Source: Felis catus (lineage: Eukaryota). From it: 64,000 bases of DNA. Made by a program: the position numbers and the translations under genes. Numbering within the stretch: the first letter of the stretch is position 1; the number at the start of each line of letters is the position of its first letter. Below, piece by piece: positions 24,312-38,119 of this stretch. The stretch lies in the NCBI RefSeq assembly GCF_018350175.1, contig NC_058368.1:72356001-72420000 (forward strand). The letters are read 5' to 3'. Below the pieces are notes generated by a model. The model made no database searches. It worked only from the letters and a program-made list of their open reading frames with translations, and had not been told where the DNA came from.

Positions 24312-26296
24312 GTAAGGGGGGGGGCGGCTTACCGCGGGCGCCGGGGGCGCACTCCCCGCAGGGGTTTCTGCCACTTTTCGGGGAGAGCCGGCGGGAGGGG
24401 GCCCCTAAGACAGCTCTCCAGGAGGTGACTGACTTCGCGCGCGTGGGTCCTCCTAACCTCCTCCACTCTGGAACCACGTGTCTCAATACTTTCCTCCGCC
24501 TCAGGGTCCAAACTTAAGTAGAACTAATATTGGTAAGATTCACTCACTTGATTATAACTCTAGCTTGCCTCTATTTTAGTTCCTTATTACACACTTAAAT
24601 CTCCAAACTTCCTCACCAACGGAGTTAAGCTGGTGGGTTCCTCTACCCCAATCGCGTATGTTAATCATATTTGCAGAACATAAACCGGTATTTTATTTTT
24701 ACCAAGGAAACGCAGGGGGAATATTACCTTCCTAAAATCCAGCCGCGGTAGGTTGTGTCTTTGAACTCTGATTTGCCTTCTTCCTCTTAGGGTATAGTTC
24801 CCAGAGGGAAGTGCATATCAGAAGACTGTAACAAGGGAAAAAATAAGCAGACCCAAATCTACTTAGAAGCGATTGCTTTTGTGTTGTTTTAGCCGCTTGG
24901 GTTTTTCAGCTGCAGTGAAGCTTGGTATTTTGGAAGGAGTGGAGTCAAAATAAATTCATTGTTCTTGTACATTTTTAAGGAGTGATTCAGGTTGTGATAT
25001 TGGAATGGGTCAAGCTATCTCTTCATAGAGAACCCCCCCCCCCCCCCAGCCTATACCACTTTCACATTTGCTTAGGGCCATTCATTGACTTAGGACCAGA
25101 ACTTCTGTTGGGTGGCTGTGAATGATACAGATGCTCCTCTGTTAGTAAAAGGACAACACAATGGATTCTAACCAGGGTTTGGCAAGTTTGTGGGGGAAAA
25201 AAATCACAACGTATTTTACCCACAATGTAGTGAAGAGTCCAACACTAACAGTGATGAAGAGTGAGTTTATAGCAAAATGGTTTTTTGCTTGGCACCTGGG
25301 CCCAGAAGTGCATAGTGAGAATACTTAAGACGCACAATGGAAAAGTAGTCATGTAAGTCATTTGGAGAGGAACAGGTGCTTCTATGTGGCTTTGTTTACC
25401 CTGTGAAGGCTGTGGCTCAGCCCTTCAAGGGTACTGAATGCCACAGGTTGTTACTCTTTGTCAGTTCCACAAGCTGCTGTATTATTGAGGACAGCCCTTT
25501 GGAATGAAAGCTAAGTATTGTCTAATATTTCGTTCCAAATTCCACTGTTACCTGACTTCTCTGGCTTGTATTGCCTCTGGCAAGGCCTCTTCAATATCAC
25601 GGGTTCTGAACACATTTTTTCATTGGAAACGTAAGAAGAAAGATGCAGTCTTGAACGGGTGAAACTAGTTATAGGTGTCGTCAGATAAAAGTTCCCTATT
25701 GAAGAAGCTTATCTGGGTCCTTTCTGCAAAACTATGCAGAGGGTATGCTATGGTATGTAGTGGTCTTGTTGATCTCCCTTGGAAAGTGATGTGTTGTTTC
25801 CTTATAACATCTCACTGCATTCTTTCCTCCCTGATACGAACAGCACTGAATCATGCGTGGTTTTGTTTGCATACGTGTGTGTTCCCCTGGAGGCAAAATG
25901 CTTCTCTTTATTTCAAGGCTGAATGAGATAACTGTGTTCATTTGCAGTTCTCACCTTTGTGACTGATGCCCATCGAGGCCTGCTCTCCTGGGCCTGGTGA
26001 GAATCTGTGCCCGCAAATGCTCTGAATACATCTCCCAGGCGAATGAGATCTTTACACACAGCGCCTTCGAGGTGCTCACCAGCTTGCGTCCCTTGTTCTG
26101 TGCTTCAAATTGAGCTTTTCAATTCCATCTTCAAGAACAAGTTCCTATATTATAGCGAGTAAGATAGAAACATAGCAAGTTGCCTTTTATGTTTTTATGT
26201 GCACCTGGGCCTTTACCTCTATGGCGCTTTCCAGAAATAGAGTAGCTTTCAGAGACCTCCCCCAACCCCTTTGAAGAAAAGAAAATCCTGCTCCTG

Positions 26297-26535
26297 GTAG
26301 TGTATCACTGAGTCATTAATACTCTGGGCCCTGGGGGAAAGAGTTCAGGACGCCGATCCCAGCCCCACCACTTAATAGCTGTGTGAACTTTGGCAATTCC
26401 TTACACTTTCTGAGCTTTGATTTCTTCATCTGCGAAATGAGAGTGATAACATTACCTATTTTACAGGATTGTTGTGAGCATTAACACATGTAAAATACTT
26501 AGAATAGTGTTTTGCACAAAGTGCTCAGTACATAT
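26297..26535 (+). mobile_element. MIR
   Basis: Core ccactta.tagctgtgtga.cttt...tttcttcatctg.gaaatg.....ataac...acaggattgttgtgag. Confidence 0.85.
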
Positions 26536-27146
26536 AAATGTGTGTGGATGTCTATAACGTAATATTATTACAGTGACGCACAAAATGTGAACTCGTATGG
26601 ATAGATAGATGCATAGGTAGATGGGTAGCTAGATAGCCTGGCTTTGTCTTTGTTGTACATTTGATACAGTGAGAGCAGTTTGGTTTTTGTCATGTAGCCT
26701 GGGCCTGTTATTGATCCAAAGCTCAAAAGGTCGAGCAAGGATAGCTATTTTGGCCAAGCCTCAGAGCAGCTGTATTAGATACACCATGCCCTTTGAAAGT
26801 TAAGTCCTTTGGGATTTTTATACTGTGAATCATAAGAAAGATACTTATTTTAGTTTGAGCCTGCTTGAAAGTGATTATGTGTATACTGTCATAAGTGGTT
26901 TATTTCTTCCAGTTTCCACTTGTTCGTGGTCCATGAATCTTCCTTGGACTTCTGTAGTGTAAAGGTCTGGCTCAGAAGTTGTTCCTGTGTGTGTCACAGT
27001 CAAATGAGAAGTAAACTAATTTGGGTGGGCTATTTCTTTAAGAGTAAAATGTTTGATTTTATAAAAACAAACTTTCAGCTAGTATTTGAGAGCATCTCTG
27101 AATAATCCCCTGAACAAGTATGATTACACTTAAATAAAATATTGGT

Positions 27147-27168
27147 TTTTTTAAGTTTATTTATTTAT

Positions 27169-27211
<43 letters not shown>

Positions 27212-27365
27212 AAGCAGGGGAGGGGCAGAGAGAGAGAGGGAAAGGGAGAATCCCAAGCAGGCTCTGTGCTGTCTGTATGGAGCTCAGTCTCAGGAACTAT
27301 GAGATCATGACCTGTGCCCAAATCAGGAGTTGGAAGCTTAACCAACTGAGCCACCCAGACAGACC
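27147..27365 (-). mobile_element. Can-SINE (SINEC)
   Basis: TSD taaaatattggt. Confidence 0.94.
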
Positions 27366-27543
27366 TAAAATATTGGTGTTGGTTTTTTTAAATCTATTCG
27401 AATCATTTTTGAAATGTATCACTTAAATGAGTTTCAGTTTTAGTAACTGGGAAGAACTAATTGAATTGAATTTAGCAAATACTTATGGAGTGCTGTATAT
27501 TTACTAGATCCTCTGCTGTTGAAGGGGGTATAAAGATGTGGAA

Positions 27544-27794
27544 AAGAGGGGCTCGGTTGGTTAAGCGTCTGACTTTGGCTCAAGTCATGATCTCGCAGTC
27601 TGTGAGTTGGAGCCCCGCATTGGGCTCTGTGCTGACAGCTCAGAGCTGGAGCTGCTTCGGATTCTGTGTCTCCCTCTCTCTCTCTGCCCCTCCCCCACTC
27701 ACACTGTGTCTGTCTCTTAAAAATAAATAAACATTAAAAAAAAGTTGACACAAATGCTTAGAACAGCGTAATTCATCGTAGCAAAAAAAAAAAA
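27544..27794 (+). mobile_element. Can-SINE (SINEC_Fc) with extra 3' segment and second A-tail
   Basis: TSD aaagatgtggaa 27532-27543 / 27795-27806 encloses the SINE, 39 unique bp and a poly-A. Confidence 0.9.
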
Positions 27795-28392
27795 AAAGAT
27801 GTGGAACATATGACAACTTCCCATTGAATAGGGAGATGAAAAGAAATACCAAATACCTGTAATGCAATGCAGAATATACTTTCTATAAATTTCTGTGAGA
27901 GTTCTATGGAGACAGGAATTAAATATTGTGGTTAAAACACTTGAGAAACAGGTAGCTTTTGACATAAATCTTTGTGTACAGGGAGGTTTTTAGTCCAAAA
28001 GGTGGACTATTGGAATTCTCAGGGAAGAAAAATTCAAGCAGTGGTTTGGAGGCATAAAAGCATGTGGGTGCGCTTGGGAACTAGTGAGGTATCCAGGTTT
28101 GGCTTTGGCTGGATCTTAGGGCTGTGGGGGAACTACTGGAAGATATTTTGAGTTACAGTAGGACATACCGTTTGAGAGCTCTGAACCTGAATGTGAAGTC
28201 TGTGCTTAATTAAGCTGCATATAGGAGCCATGATGTGGTTTGAACATGGGAGCAATGGTTAGTACTCTGACCCGTGAAAATTAACAGGCTGTCTGAGGGC
28301 ACGGCAAGTTGGGGTAGACACTTGATGGGGAGAAACTCCATTTAGATACTATTTAAACTGTAGCCCAAGGGAGTGAGAATAAGAACTATGAT

Positions 28393-28642
28393 GATTTTTA
28401 AAAAATTTTTCTTATTAAATTAAAAAAAATTTTTTTTAACCTTTATTTATTATTGAAAGACAGAGAGAGACAGAGAGTGAGCAGGGGAGGGGCAAAGAGA
28501 GAGGGAGACACAGAATCTGAAGCAGGCTCCAGGCTCTGAGCTGTCAGCACAGAGCCCGACTCGGGGCTTGAACTCACAAACCGCGAGATCATGATCTGAG
28601 CCGGAGTCAAATGCTTCACTGACTGAGCCACCCAGACGCCCC
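28393..28642 (-). mobile_element. Can-SINE (SINEC_Fc)
   Basis: TSD agaactatgat. Confidence 0.95.
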
Positions 28643-29284
28643 AGAACTATGATAAATTTTAAAGACTATGAATTTTAAAGGTACAGTCAACATGCTTTAG
28701 TACCCACGGATGAGTAAAATGATAAATCAGTGACTGGAAGTGTGATAGAACTGGTGGAATGAAGGTCAGGAAAAAGAACCAGATGACTCCTAATCAATGG
28801 CTAAAAATCTTTATTAGAGAAAAAACACTTCTTTGAAATCTGAAATTGCTGTAAAAATGAAGAATTATAGCTAGCCAAATGAATTTGGACTTTATTGGTG
28901 GTGGAGCTAGGACTAGATGGATCATGTCTGAACTGTTAACTTGGGTTAAATTGTTTGTATCCTTAACCTTGAGCCAGCCATCTGATTTCTCTGAAATTTA
29001 GATTCTTTTTTTGGAACATCTTTATGGATATAAAGAACCTTGCATCCTGCATTGTATTATTCAGAATAATTTTTATATTTATGTATAAATATATTTAATA
29101 CCCACATAATTATGCATTTATACACTAATTCATACTATGTATAAAACATTCTTATAAACATTGATTCATGTATATAAACTGAATATAAAAGTAATTAAAA
29201 TACATGGAAATACCCCTATTATATAAATAGTAGCATTTTTTTCTCGCAGATATTTCTTTTACATTGCTAAATAAATAGTATGAC

Positions 29285-29451
29285 ATTTTTTTTAGTTGAT
29301 TTATTTATTTTGGGAGAGAGACAGAAAGAGAGAACAAGCATCTCAAGCAGGCTTTGTGCTGTCTGGGGCTCGAACTCATGAGCTGTGAGATCATGACCTG
29401 AGCCGAAATCAAGAGTCAGACACTCAACCGACTGAGCCACCCGAGTGCCCC
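29285..29451 (-). mobile_element. Can-SINE with internal deletions
   Basis: TSD aaatagt(a/g)tga; shortened body. Confidence 0.9.
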
Positions 29452-30602
29452 AAATAGTGTGAGAATTGTATATGATTATTCATGAGAACTGGACTTCCTG
29501 GCTCTTTAGAGTCAGTCTTAGGACTCTTTGATCTGCTTTTCCTCACAGTTGTGTTTTTCTTGGATAGTTGTGTAATTCCCTCCAAGCCTATTTTGTGGAA
29601 TAGGCTCTTTGGTTTTTCCTTTCTTAGTCATTTTCCATTTTCCACCTTCTCTTCCTTTCTTCAAACCACATTCTGTCTTCCTTGCCCACTCCTTTGACTG
29701 TGTCTGCCTCTCCACCTTGGTATTTGCCATCATGGTTGCTTCTTTATATTCCCTCTGTGCCCCCGCATGGGGCACCAAGCGCGTAAGACCATTGCCTCTT
29801 CTTTACCACCCCATTGAGTAAACGATTGTGTTGAACAGACAGACCCCACTTTCCGCATCACCTCCTTTCTTGTGTTTTCATCATGGTCTTAACATGTCCT
29901 TAGTTTTGGAGAACACATTCAGGAGTTCCCCACCACTAGCTCACTCACTTCATGCAAGCCTCTTGGTTTTTTTTAGTTCTACTCTCTTAGGTTCATCCAT
30001 GTTGGATAAGTACATCCTGTCTTGCCTCAAGGGACACATAAAAATGAAAGATTTTCATCTTCACTTTCTCCCATCTGTACTGCTTTGTTTGTAGAGTACT
30101 CTGCAATTCAATGATAGAGACTGAAATACCTTGTCGTGGGACCAGGTCATCCCCACACCGTGATAATCTAGAAGAGTGTATTTATGACATGATGGTGTTT
30201 AGATCAAGTAGTGTCAATGTGAGAAGTTCCATGGTTATTTTTCAAGTAGAATTTCCCCAGAAAGAGAAGGGGACATACGGGAGTGAGTTTATTTATATTA
30301 CAAAATTTAAATTTTCAAAGTAAAAACCTCCTTCATAGGGTTCTCAGAAGCCTCCCATATACTTTGAGACATGATGCTAAAATGGACAGCCTATGTCTCT
30401 TAATATCTTAATCCCCAAAGCTTCTCAGCTCTCTGGGACTCAGACATAGATTGTCGAATCTGACCTTGTGATTCCTGATGCTCAAGGTTTGGAGGCACGT
30501 GATTAATTCCATAGCAGCAGAGATTTTGGATAGTGTTCTCTGTCCTAAGAATTTTGAGGAGTTATGAAGTAAGACATTTTCCTCAATTCCATCTCCTGCC
30601 AT

Positions 30603-31060
30603 TGTATTCATTTTCTGTTGCCCTTATAACAAATTACCACAAACCTTGTGGCTTAAACGACACACACGTATTTTCTTATAGTTTTGTATGTCAGAAGTCC
30701 CACAGGGTCTCCAGGGCTAAGCTGGTGGCAAGTCTGTTACCCTCTGGAGACTCTTAGAAAGAATCCATTTCTTGGTCATTCGACATTGAAAGAGTTTAGT
30801 TTTATGTGGTTGTAGGACTGAGGTCATGTTTCTTTGCTGGCTGTCAGCTGGGGGTCTTTCTGAGCTCCTAGAGGCCTCTCTTGGGTCTTTGCATGTACAC
30901 TTCTACATCTCAGAACCAGCAACGAGGTGTCAGATCCTTCTCGTGATGTCGTCTTTCTGAGTTTCTTCCATTGTCACATCCTCAAGATCCATAATTTTAA
31001 TCACATTGGCAAGATCCCTTTTGCCATGTAAGCTATTGATGGGTTCCAGGAACAAGGATG
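30603..31060 (-). mobile_element. MLT1-type (MaLR) LTR
   Basis: tgtatt...ataacaaattaccacaaac.ttgtggcttaaa, ttgtaggactgaggtc, tcccttttgccatgtaa. Confidence 0.85.
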
Positions 31061-31817
31061 TGAGCATCTCTGGGGTCCTGGGACGTGCACGAGGAGGAAT
31101 GCTGTAATGTGTGGATGGCAAGAGAGAGAAGTTCCAACTCCATTAGTACCTGGCTGTTCTTGTGCTGCATCTAGGATGCCAGTGCTGCATCTTTTCCTTC
31201 CTTTCAGTGCTTATCTTCATGATTTAATTTCCCTGGCCCCAGTCTTTCCCACACCACTGCTGATAAGAAACACCACGCTTCTGGTCCAGATCATAAAAAG
31301 TGACTTATAGCCCAGCAATTATCTACATTCGATGCCTGACACTATCACTTGCCAACTGTGGGCAAGTTACTCAAACGTTTGCAACTTCTGTTTCCTTATC
31401 TAGAAACGGGGACAATAATATTATCAATGGGGGATAATAATATTATTTGCCTAGCTAAATGCAGGAGTGATTAGTGAGTCTATGGAGTTAGGATGCTTAC
31501 TTATGTCAGATGTCCCTCTTCTACCCTCGCTTGATACTCAGTCAAACGATATTGACTCTCAAAGAAGTGATTTTCCTCCCATGTTGTATCTTCTTCTGGA
31601 TTTAAGTCTATGTTCACCTTTCCTCCTTTGACTGTCAGTGAGTTTTTGGAACTATCTCAGCTCAGTCAGCGTGCCTTCTCCATCGTGTCCAGGCTAGGTT
31701 GAGCACTCAGCCCTGGCCATCTCCAGCCTGAGACTTACTGGGTAACATTCCAGCTCACTGGATGTCTAAGTTTTTGACCCTGGTTTCTATCTTTGTCCCA
31801 GGAGGTTGACTTTTGTG

Positions 31818-31904
31818 TTCCTGTCCCTGCAAACTTCACCCTGATTTATGGTTCTGGAACTTTCCTGTCCCTGCAGTCTTCACCCTGATTTATGGTTCTA
31901 GAGC
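31818..31904 (+). repeat. 2 x 44-bp tandem duplication
   Basis: ttcctgtccctgca..cttcaccctgatttatggttct at 31818 and 31862. Confidence 0.9.
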
Positions 31905-32764
31905 CATGCCCTAAATAGTGTGTGGTTAGTCTTTGAATCTGGAATTTTTTTTTTTTTGTCATTTTCTTTACTGGAAACCCTAAGATTTCTGCAAATTTGC
32001 AGAGTTTACACTCAGTGCATTGCTGCTTCTGACCCTCACCTCCACTGAGATTTCTGAGTTTCCTGGCCGTTCCTTCATCTCCTCTGAAGCATTGATCTCA
32101 GGTGGGTTGAACCCAGAACCCATTCCTTTATCTTACAAAAATGGGAGAAACAACACAATACAAAAACAAAGTCAAAACAACTTACTTTCACAGAGTTTTT
32201 GAGTATTTAGTGAACATCGCTGAATGTTCTGGAGACACTGGAGCTGGGCTTGTTGAATCTGAGGAACATAAATAACTTAAGATTCAATAGTAATCACTCT
32301 GGTTCTAAAAACTCCCACTTTTTCAGCGAATCCCCTTTCTGAAAGCTAAGTGTGGACGTGTGATGAAATTCTGGTCGAAGAGATGTAAACAGAGACGTTG
32401 TGGGGGCTCCCAAAGGGAGCCGACTTGCAGGGAGGTGTTTGTTTTGCTCATATACCCTCCTTCCTGCCTCGAATTCACCTAGTCGCAGTGGCCCCCTTGC
32501 ATCGAGAGATGAATATGGCGGCCACCTATGAGGATGGCTCACCCCCAAGACAGGAGTCCTGACTTTTGGAGACAATGTGGAGCTGCCACACTAGTCCTGA
32601 ACTGCCTGCCTCTGCACTGTGTTTTACACATAAAAATAATTAATTTTGTTTCAGCCCCTGTCATTTTGGGGTTTTCTGGCAGCTAAAAAATATAATCCTA
32701 TCAGAAGCAGTGGTTTTATTCAAAAAGCTCAAGTCTGGTAAAACAGGGCCATAGGGGCATTTGT

Positions 32765-33010
32765 ATGGTGGTTGAGAACTTGTACTGGTGACAGTGGTAG
32801 GGCTGGGTTCCACCCCAGTTTACCTGCTGTGTGGATTCCAGAAGTTTGGGTGAATTCTGTAAGGCTCAGTTTGCTCATCTCTGAAATGGGATATTGTCAA
32901 TACTCTGTGGAGAGTTACTGCAAAATTTAAGTGAGAAAATACACATGAAGCATCTAATAAAACAGCCGATGTAATTGTCATTCTAAATGGGAGCTATTAT
33001 TATCATTATT
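32765..33010 (+). mobile_element. MIR
   Basis: Core ctcagtttgctcatctctgaaatgggat. Confidence 0.75.
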
Positions 33011-33389
33011 AAACCTAGAATCTCTAAGGAGATTATGCTAAGGCAAAAGGGAGTATGTCTTTGCTTTAAGTGTATTTACTAGTAATCGAGTGGCCAGTTA
33101 TGAATGTATATTCCCCGTACCTGTTTATATATTCAACATATACTGCTTTTTTTGCCTAGCTATTTTTATGGGGTTATTATTTCTATGCAAAGATGTAATT
33201 TTTCAAAATCTGGTTGCCAGAAATTAAATTACCAGAGAGAATACAAGCATTGTTTGTGTACTTAAATATTTTTTAAGTTTCCCATCTATTTAGTTATCTC
33301 TGTATTTAAAATTGATTAAAACACAACACATGTCTGCTACAAAAAGTCAAACAATACATAAATGCATGGATAAAACTCAGTGCAGTGGG

Positions 33390-33819
33390 GTTGAATTTTA
33401 TTCAGAGAACAGATTCTATATCAGCACAAAATCAGACAGTTGAAGTTTAAACATTCCCCTGACAAATCTCCAAGGAAGGCCCTGTGTTTGAGTTGATTAC
33501 ACCATCTCTCAGTCTAGCACAGTAAACACTAGTAAATGAGTGTTTACTCCATGGCTGTTTCTGTGTTTACTCCATTTTTGGTTTTTGGCTGGATATCAGA
33601 GGAGTATTAGCTGGATTGTTCATTTGGGGACCCTTAGCTGGGTGGGATGCTCACAGTAGAGACATATACCAAGGACATCAGCCCAGGGAAACACCATCTC
33701 TTTCACACTCCCCTCTTGTCCCCACTTGGGACCTCCACTCACTGGATGGAATAACAGAATATCTACACTATTTAAGTTATGATTTCACTTTCCTTTACTG
33801 CCAAGTATTTACCTCAACA
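33390..33819. mobile_element. Probable old LTR nested in an L1M remnant
   Basis: Inverted termini gttgaa...tcaaca; no clear TSD. Confidence 0.4.
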
Positions 33820-34095
33820 CTGAAACACATACAATTGATGTCAGGTAAGCTAAATATGTGTGTGCTGTGACTCCTCTTTAGTCTGTTCTTCAGCATAACC
33901 TCTGGCTTTAATCAATATTAAATTTAGGGCATATACTTCCCTGTTTTCCCATGCTTGTATACACACCCGTGTTATAAATGTGCATACACATTCATAATCC
34001 TGTTTCTCTCCCTCTCTCTTGTTTTTTCTCCTTAAGAATATATCACAGCTCTGATTCTAGCTTAATAATATATGTGGTGGAGAATTGGAGTGCCT

Positions 34096-34287
34096 GGCGT
34101 GCCTGGGTGGCTCCGTGGGTTAAGCGTCTGACTCTTGATTTCAGCACAGGTCATAATCTCATGGTTTGTGGGATCAAGTCCCATGTTGGACTCTGCGCTG
34201 AGCATGGAGCTTGCTTGGGATTCTCTCTCTCTCCCTCTCTCTCTGCCCCTCTTCCCCCTGCCTCTCTCTCAAATTAAAAAAAAAAAG
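34096..34287 (+). mobile_element. Can-SINE (SINEC)
   Basis: Typical body, A-tail. Confidence 0.92.
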
Positions 34288-37200
34288 AATTTTAATAGGT
34301 GTATAATATCCTATGGTAGGGATATATTGCTTTATTAATAAACAATTTGCCTATTAGTGAAAATTCTGGTTGCTTCTAGTTTTTGTTATTGTTTTATTCG
34401 TTGATGTAGGAGGATGTTTTATTTGTTGATGTTTTATTTGTTGATGTATGTACACATACGTGCGCACAGCTCCCTAGCTCCCTTATTCTTGCATGTACAC
34501 ACAGACATTTCCACCAGGATGACTGAGTCCCAAGACACACGTGAGGGAGTGGTCAGCCAAGAGAACTGTTAATGGAAGTGTCTTCACACATTGCTGATCT
34601 TGGCGGAGGAGAACTTCAAATCAGGTGGAACTAGGAGATCCGAAACCTTTGTTCTGAGGGAAATTTAAATTCCAAGCCTGGTGTGGGATTCAAGGTCAAG
34701 AGACATATCTGAAGGGGAGAAATATCATACAGCAGCGACCGAGAGTACCAGGGGGATTTACCAGGGCATTTTTAGGCCCCCTGCATGGGTACATTCTCAA
34801 GCTATTTTCCATTAACTCTTAAATTGGTAAAGACAGAGAGCTGCAAGGTGGTTGCAAATCTCATTTTCTTTGGAAAAGAGTGCTTTGTCTTTTCAAGGAT
34901 CACATTTCCTGGCAAATAAGAAACTATATTTTGTAATAAAACTCATTCTTCTGTCTACTCTAAATCATCTTACTTAAGGCTGGGTGGAAGAATGATAGCT
35001 TTATAAAGGGAAAAGAAAAATAAGACTTTTAGAAGGATGCTCATTGGCTTGACCTTGAGTCACCTCACTGCTGACTTATGCCGGAAGACAAGTTTCTCTG
35101 CCAAGAGCCCTAGCCTCCTAATTGTATATAGTCACTAGTTCAAACATCAAATTATTCCAAGTGAATAGTAACCCACTCTAGTTTTCTGTTTTACTATTTT
35201 ATCTAGATACTTTCTGAGGAAGGCAGGCCAAAAAAAGTTGTTGTTGTTGTTGTTTTTTAAAGAGGTCGATGAGTTTTGGTATTGCTTAGAAACTTCTCCT
35301 ATGGCAGGGCCTTAACGGCAAATTCATGATTTAGTCAATGGGAGAGAGTAAGGAGGCAAAATCAGAAAATCAAAACATGGTAAATGTATTTCCTAATTGG
35401 CCATTACTGCTCTTTGAAAGCTATCATTTTCTGCTGTGCAAAATACTTAGACGAAACTAGTTATTTTTCTAAACAAAATGACTTGGCCACTTAAGCCTTT
35501 TCCTCTCCAAAATACAAAAGGCAAGTTATGGACTTTTTTTTTTTCTTTCTTGGTCAACATCATTAGTTATATAAGCTCCAAGAGTCGTCCTGACATGAAA
35601 TAATTCATTTGTTTTAAGAAGAAAAATATTTGATTTCTAGCTGTGTCCTGGATAGACTTCAATTGCCTGCTTGGATGGATTTGAGCCTTAAAATGAATGC
35701 TGTGTTAGTAATACAAAGGAGTAATGGGAAAATATCTATTTCTATTTGAGTATGCTTTGCTGGAAAATATTTTCATACATTTGAACTCTCATTCAATTCT
35801 CATATAACTTTTAAGAGGTAGTCAAAATTGTTGTTTTCCTGCTATCATATTAAGGAACCCTAAGAAAAATTTGCCCCCCAAATCCATAGGTGGCTTCTTC
35901 TTGAACATACTACAGCTTTTCTGAAACCACATATTTAGGGTAAATATTTTCATGAACTTGGAGTCCTGAAATAACATAATTTTGAAGTACCTCATTTTTT
36001 ATTTAAAAAATATATCTTCTGTTGATTTTTTTTTCTTGGAAGAGCAGATTTTCATTCTCATTTCTGCCTTATGCCAGAGGTAGCAGGTGTAAAAGTTCCA
36101 ATACTGGGCAGAAGAACACCTTATTCATTTAGTATCAAAAGAAGTCTGGGTAGCAGAAAGCATTGGGACTAAATGTCACACCAACAAAGAGCATTTCTCT
36201 CAGCTGTAATTGATATTCTCAGAGAGATTGCGTTTAGCACCGACTCTTATCAAAATAAAGGTTCTCCAGAATCAGCAACGAGAGAAACTTTTCTATAACC
36301 TTTGATTTTCAGGGTCTATAAGACTGAAAGAAAACATAGGAGAGTTGAATATATATTTGTTACTTTCATGGACATTAACTAGTTTTATTTTGACTAAGAA
36401 GAATAAATCACATTCGAGAGAATCTTTTGCTCTTATAAAATTATTCATAATGTGAAATCCAGATATTAAAATACATGCCATTTTAAATATATATGTATAG
36501 CCTTTTTGAGAACAAAGCAATGGGAATCAGCAGAAATGCACAGTGAGAGAAGATAAGTGTCTATAGAAAAGTGAACAATTTTGACTGGGTCATCATGAGG
36601 GTGTACTTTACTCTTTGGAGGTGGGTTTGTCACTCCTCAAACTGCCTAGGATTCTTGAAATTCTAATCCTTCTATATTTCATCCCTGCTAATATGCCAGG
36701 TATAGAATTTTAAGAGTTAGGAGTGGCAGTGCACTAATCTGTTGTTAATATAGTCTCTAGTGAAGTCAGTAATCTTTCCTTTGGGAAAGCTAAGGGAGCA
36801 GGTTTGGATAGGATGGAAATGTAGAAGCACACTGCTCTGGAAAGTGCCTGCGAATTGGAATTAAAAAGCAAAACAAACAGTTCGTTTTCCACTCTTGTTA
36901 CTTCCTGTGTGACCTTGCTTGAGTCACTTGCTTTCTCTCAGCTTCAGTTAGGTTAAATTCAACAAGCATTTATTAAACACCTACAAAGAGGTGACTAGCA
37001 GAGGACAGAACATGGGTGGGTGGGAGATTGGAGCCATCAGAAAGCAGCAGGTGCTGAAATCCAGTGACCGCTGGTTCAGGAAAGGGGTGGAAAGATTTTC
37101 ATGTCGGACAGTTGACCACCGCAGAGAGAAGGCCTATTGCCTTCAGCTTGCCTTGAAAGCTTTACTTTCTGAGAATTTTTAGAATTCTCATAATTTAATA

Positions 37201-37580
37201 GTTAATGAGTGCCCAATGGCATACCTGCATGGCATTCTACTACAGACATTAACATTCTATAAAGTAGACTTGGCATTTGTTAAATTCCCAACTGTCAGCA
37301 CACAGCCTATGAGAATACAATAAAAGAATATCTGTGCACATCTTGAAATTTGCCCCCAAAATAGATATCAAAAGCCATATCAGAATCATAATAGTCACAT
37401 CAAAAACCACAACAGCCTCTGCTGCCCTCTACATGGAAGAGAACTAGTCAACCTGGGGAGAGTGCCTAGCATGAGCAGAAGAACATGTGGTGAGTGATGT
37501 GTGCGGGATTATTTGCAGGAAATAGCGACAGTATAGAAAACAATTCCTTTCAAAAAGGGCAATGTTTTATGGGATACACT

Positions 37581-37744
37581 CTGGAGAGGGAGAGACAGGG
37601 AGGGAAGGAGAGTCCCAAGCAGGCTCCATGCTATCAGCACAGAGCCGGATGCAGGGCTTGATCTCATGAACCCGTGAGGTCCTGCATGACCTGAACTGAA
37701 ATCAAGAGTCAGATGCTCAACCGATCAAGCCACCCAGCCACCTC
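37581..37744 (-). mobile_element. Can-SINE lacking its 3' tail
   Basis: tatgggata(c/t)act on both flanks; no T-run at the tail end. Confidence 0.88.
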
Positions 37745-38119
37745 TGTATGGGATATACTTTAAAAAACATCTGTTTAATTATAATAACGTACCTTACAGT
37801 GTTATTATGGAATTGAAATAAGGTAATGATGATAGTTAATATTTATTTAGGATTTGCTCTATGCCTCTTGTGTTAAATTCTCACAGTAAACCTACTGGGT
37901 GGGTCATCTTGCCATTCTAAAGAGAAAGAGCTGGGCCTGAGAAAGATTAAATGGAATGTTCAAGATCATATTTCATCTGACGCCAAAAGCTGTGCAGTCA
38001 CTCTTGTGTTGACTTACCCTGTTTTGCATAATGCCACCAGGTAACAGATGCCCAAGAATGTTTAAATTCCTTTTATGCAATTTCCAGGGCAGGAGTAAAT
38101 GTTCTCTAACATTCTCTCT

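Noticed and set aside
23717..24517. 266-aa ORF as a single-exon gene
   Set aside because: It is ITGBL1 exon 2 plus open intronic flanks; canonical splice sites delimit 24094-24311.
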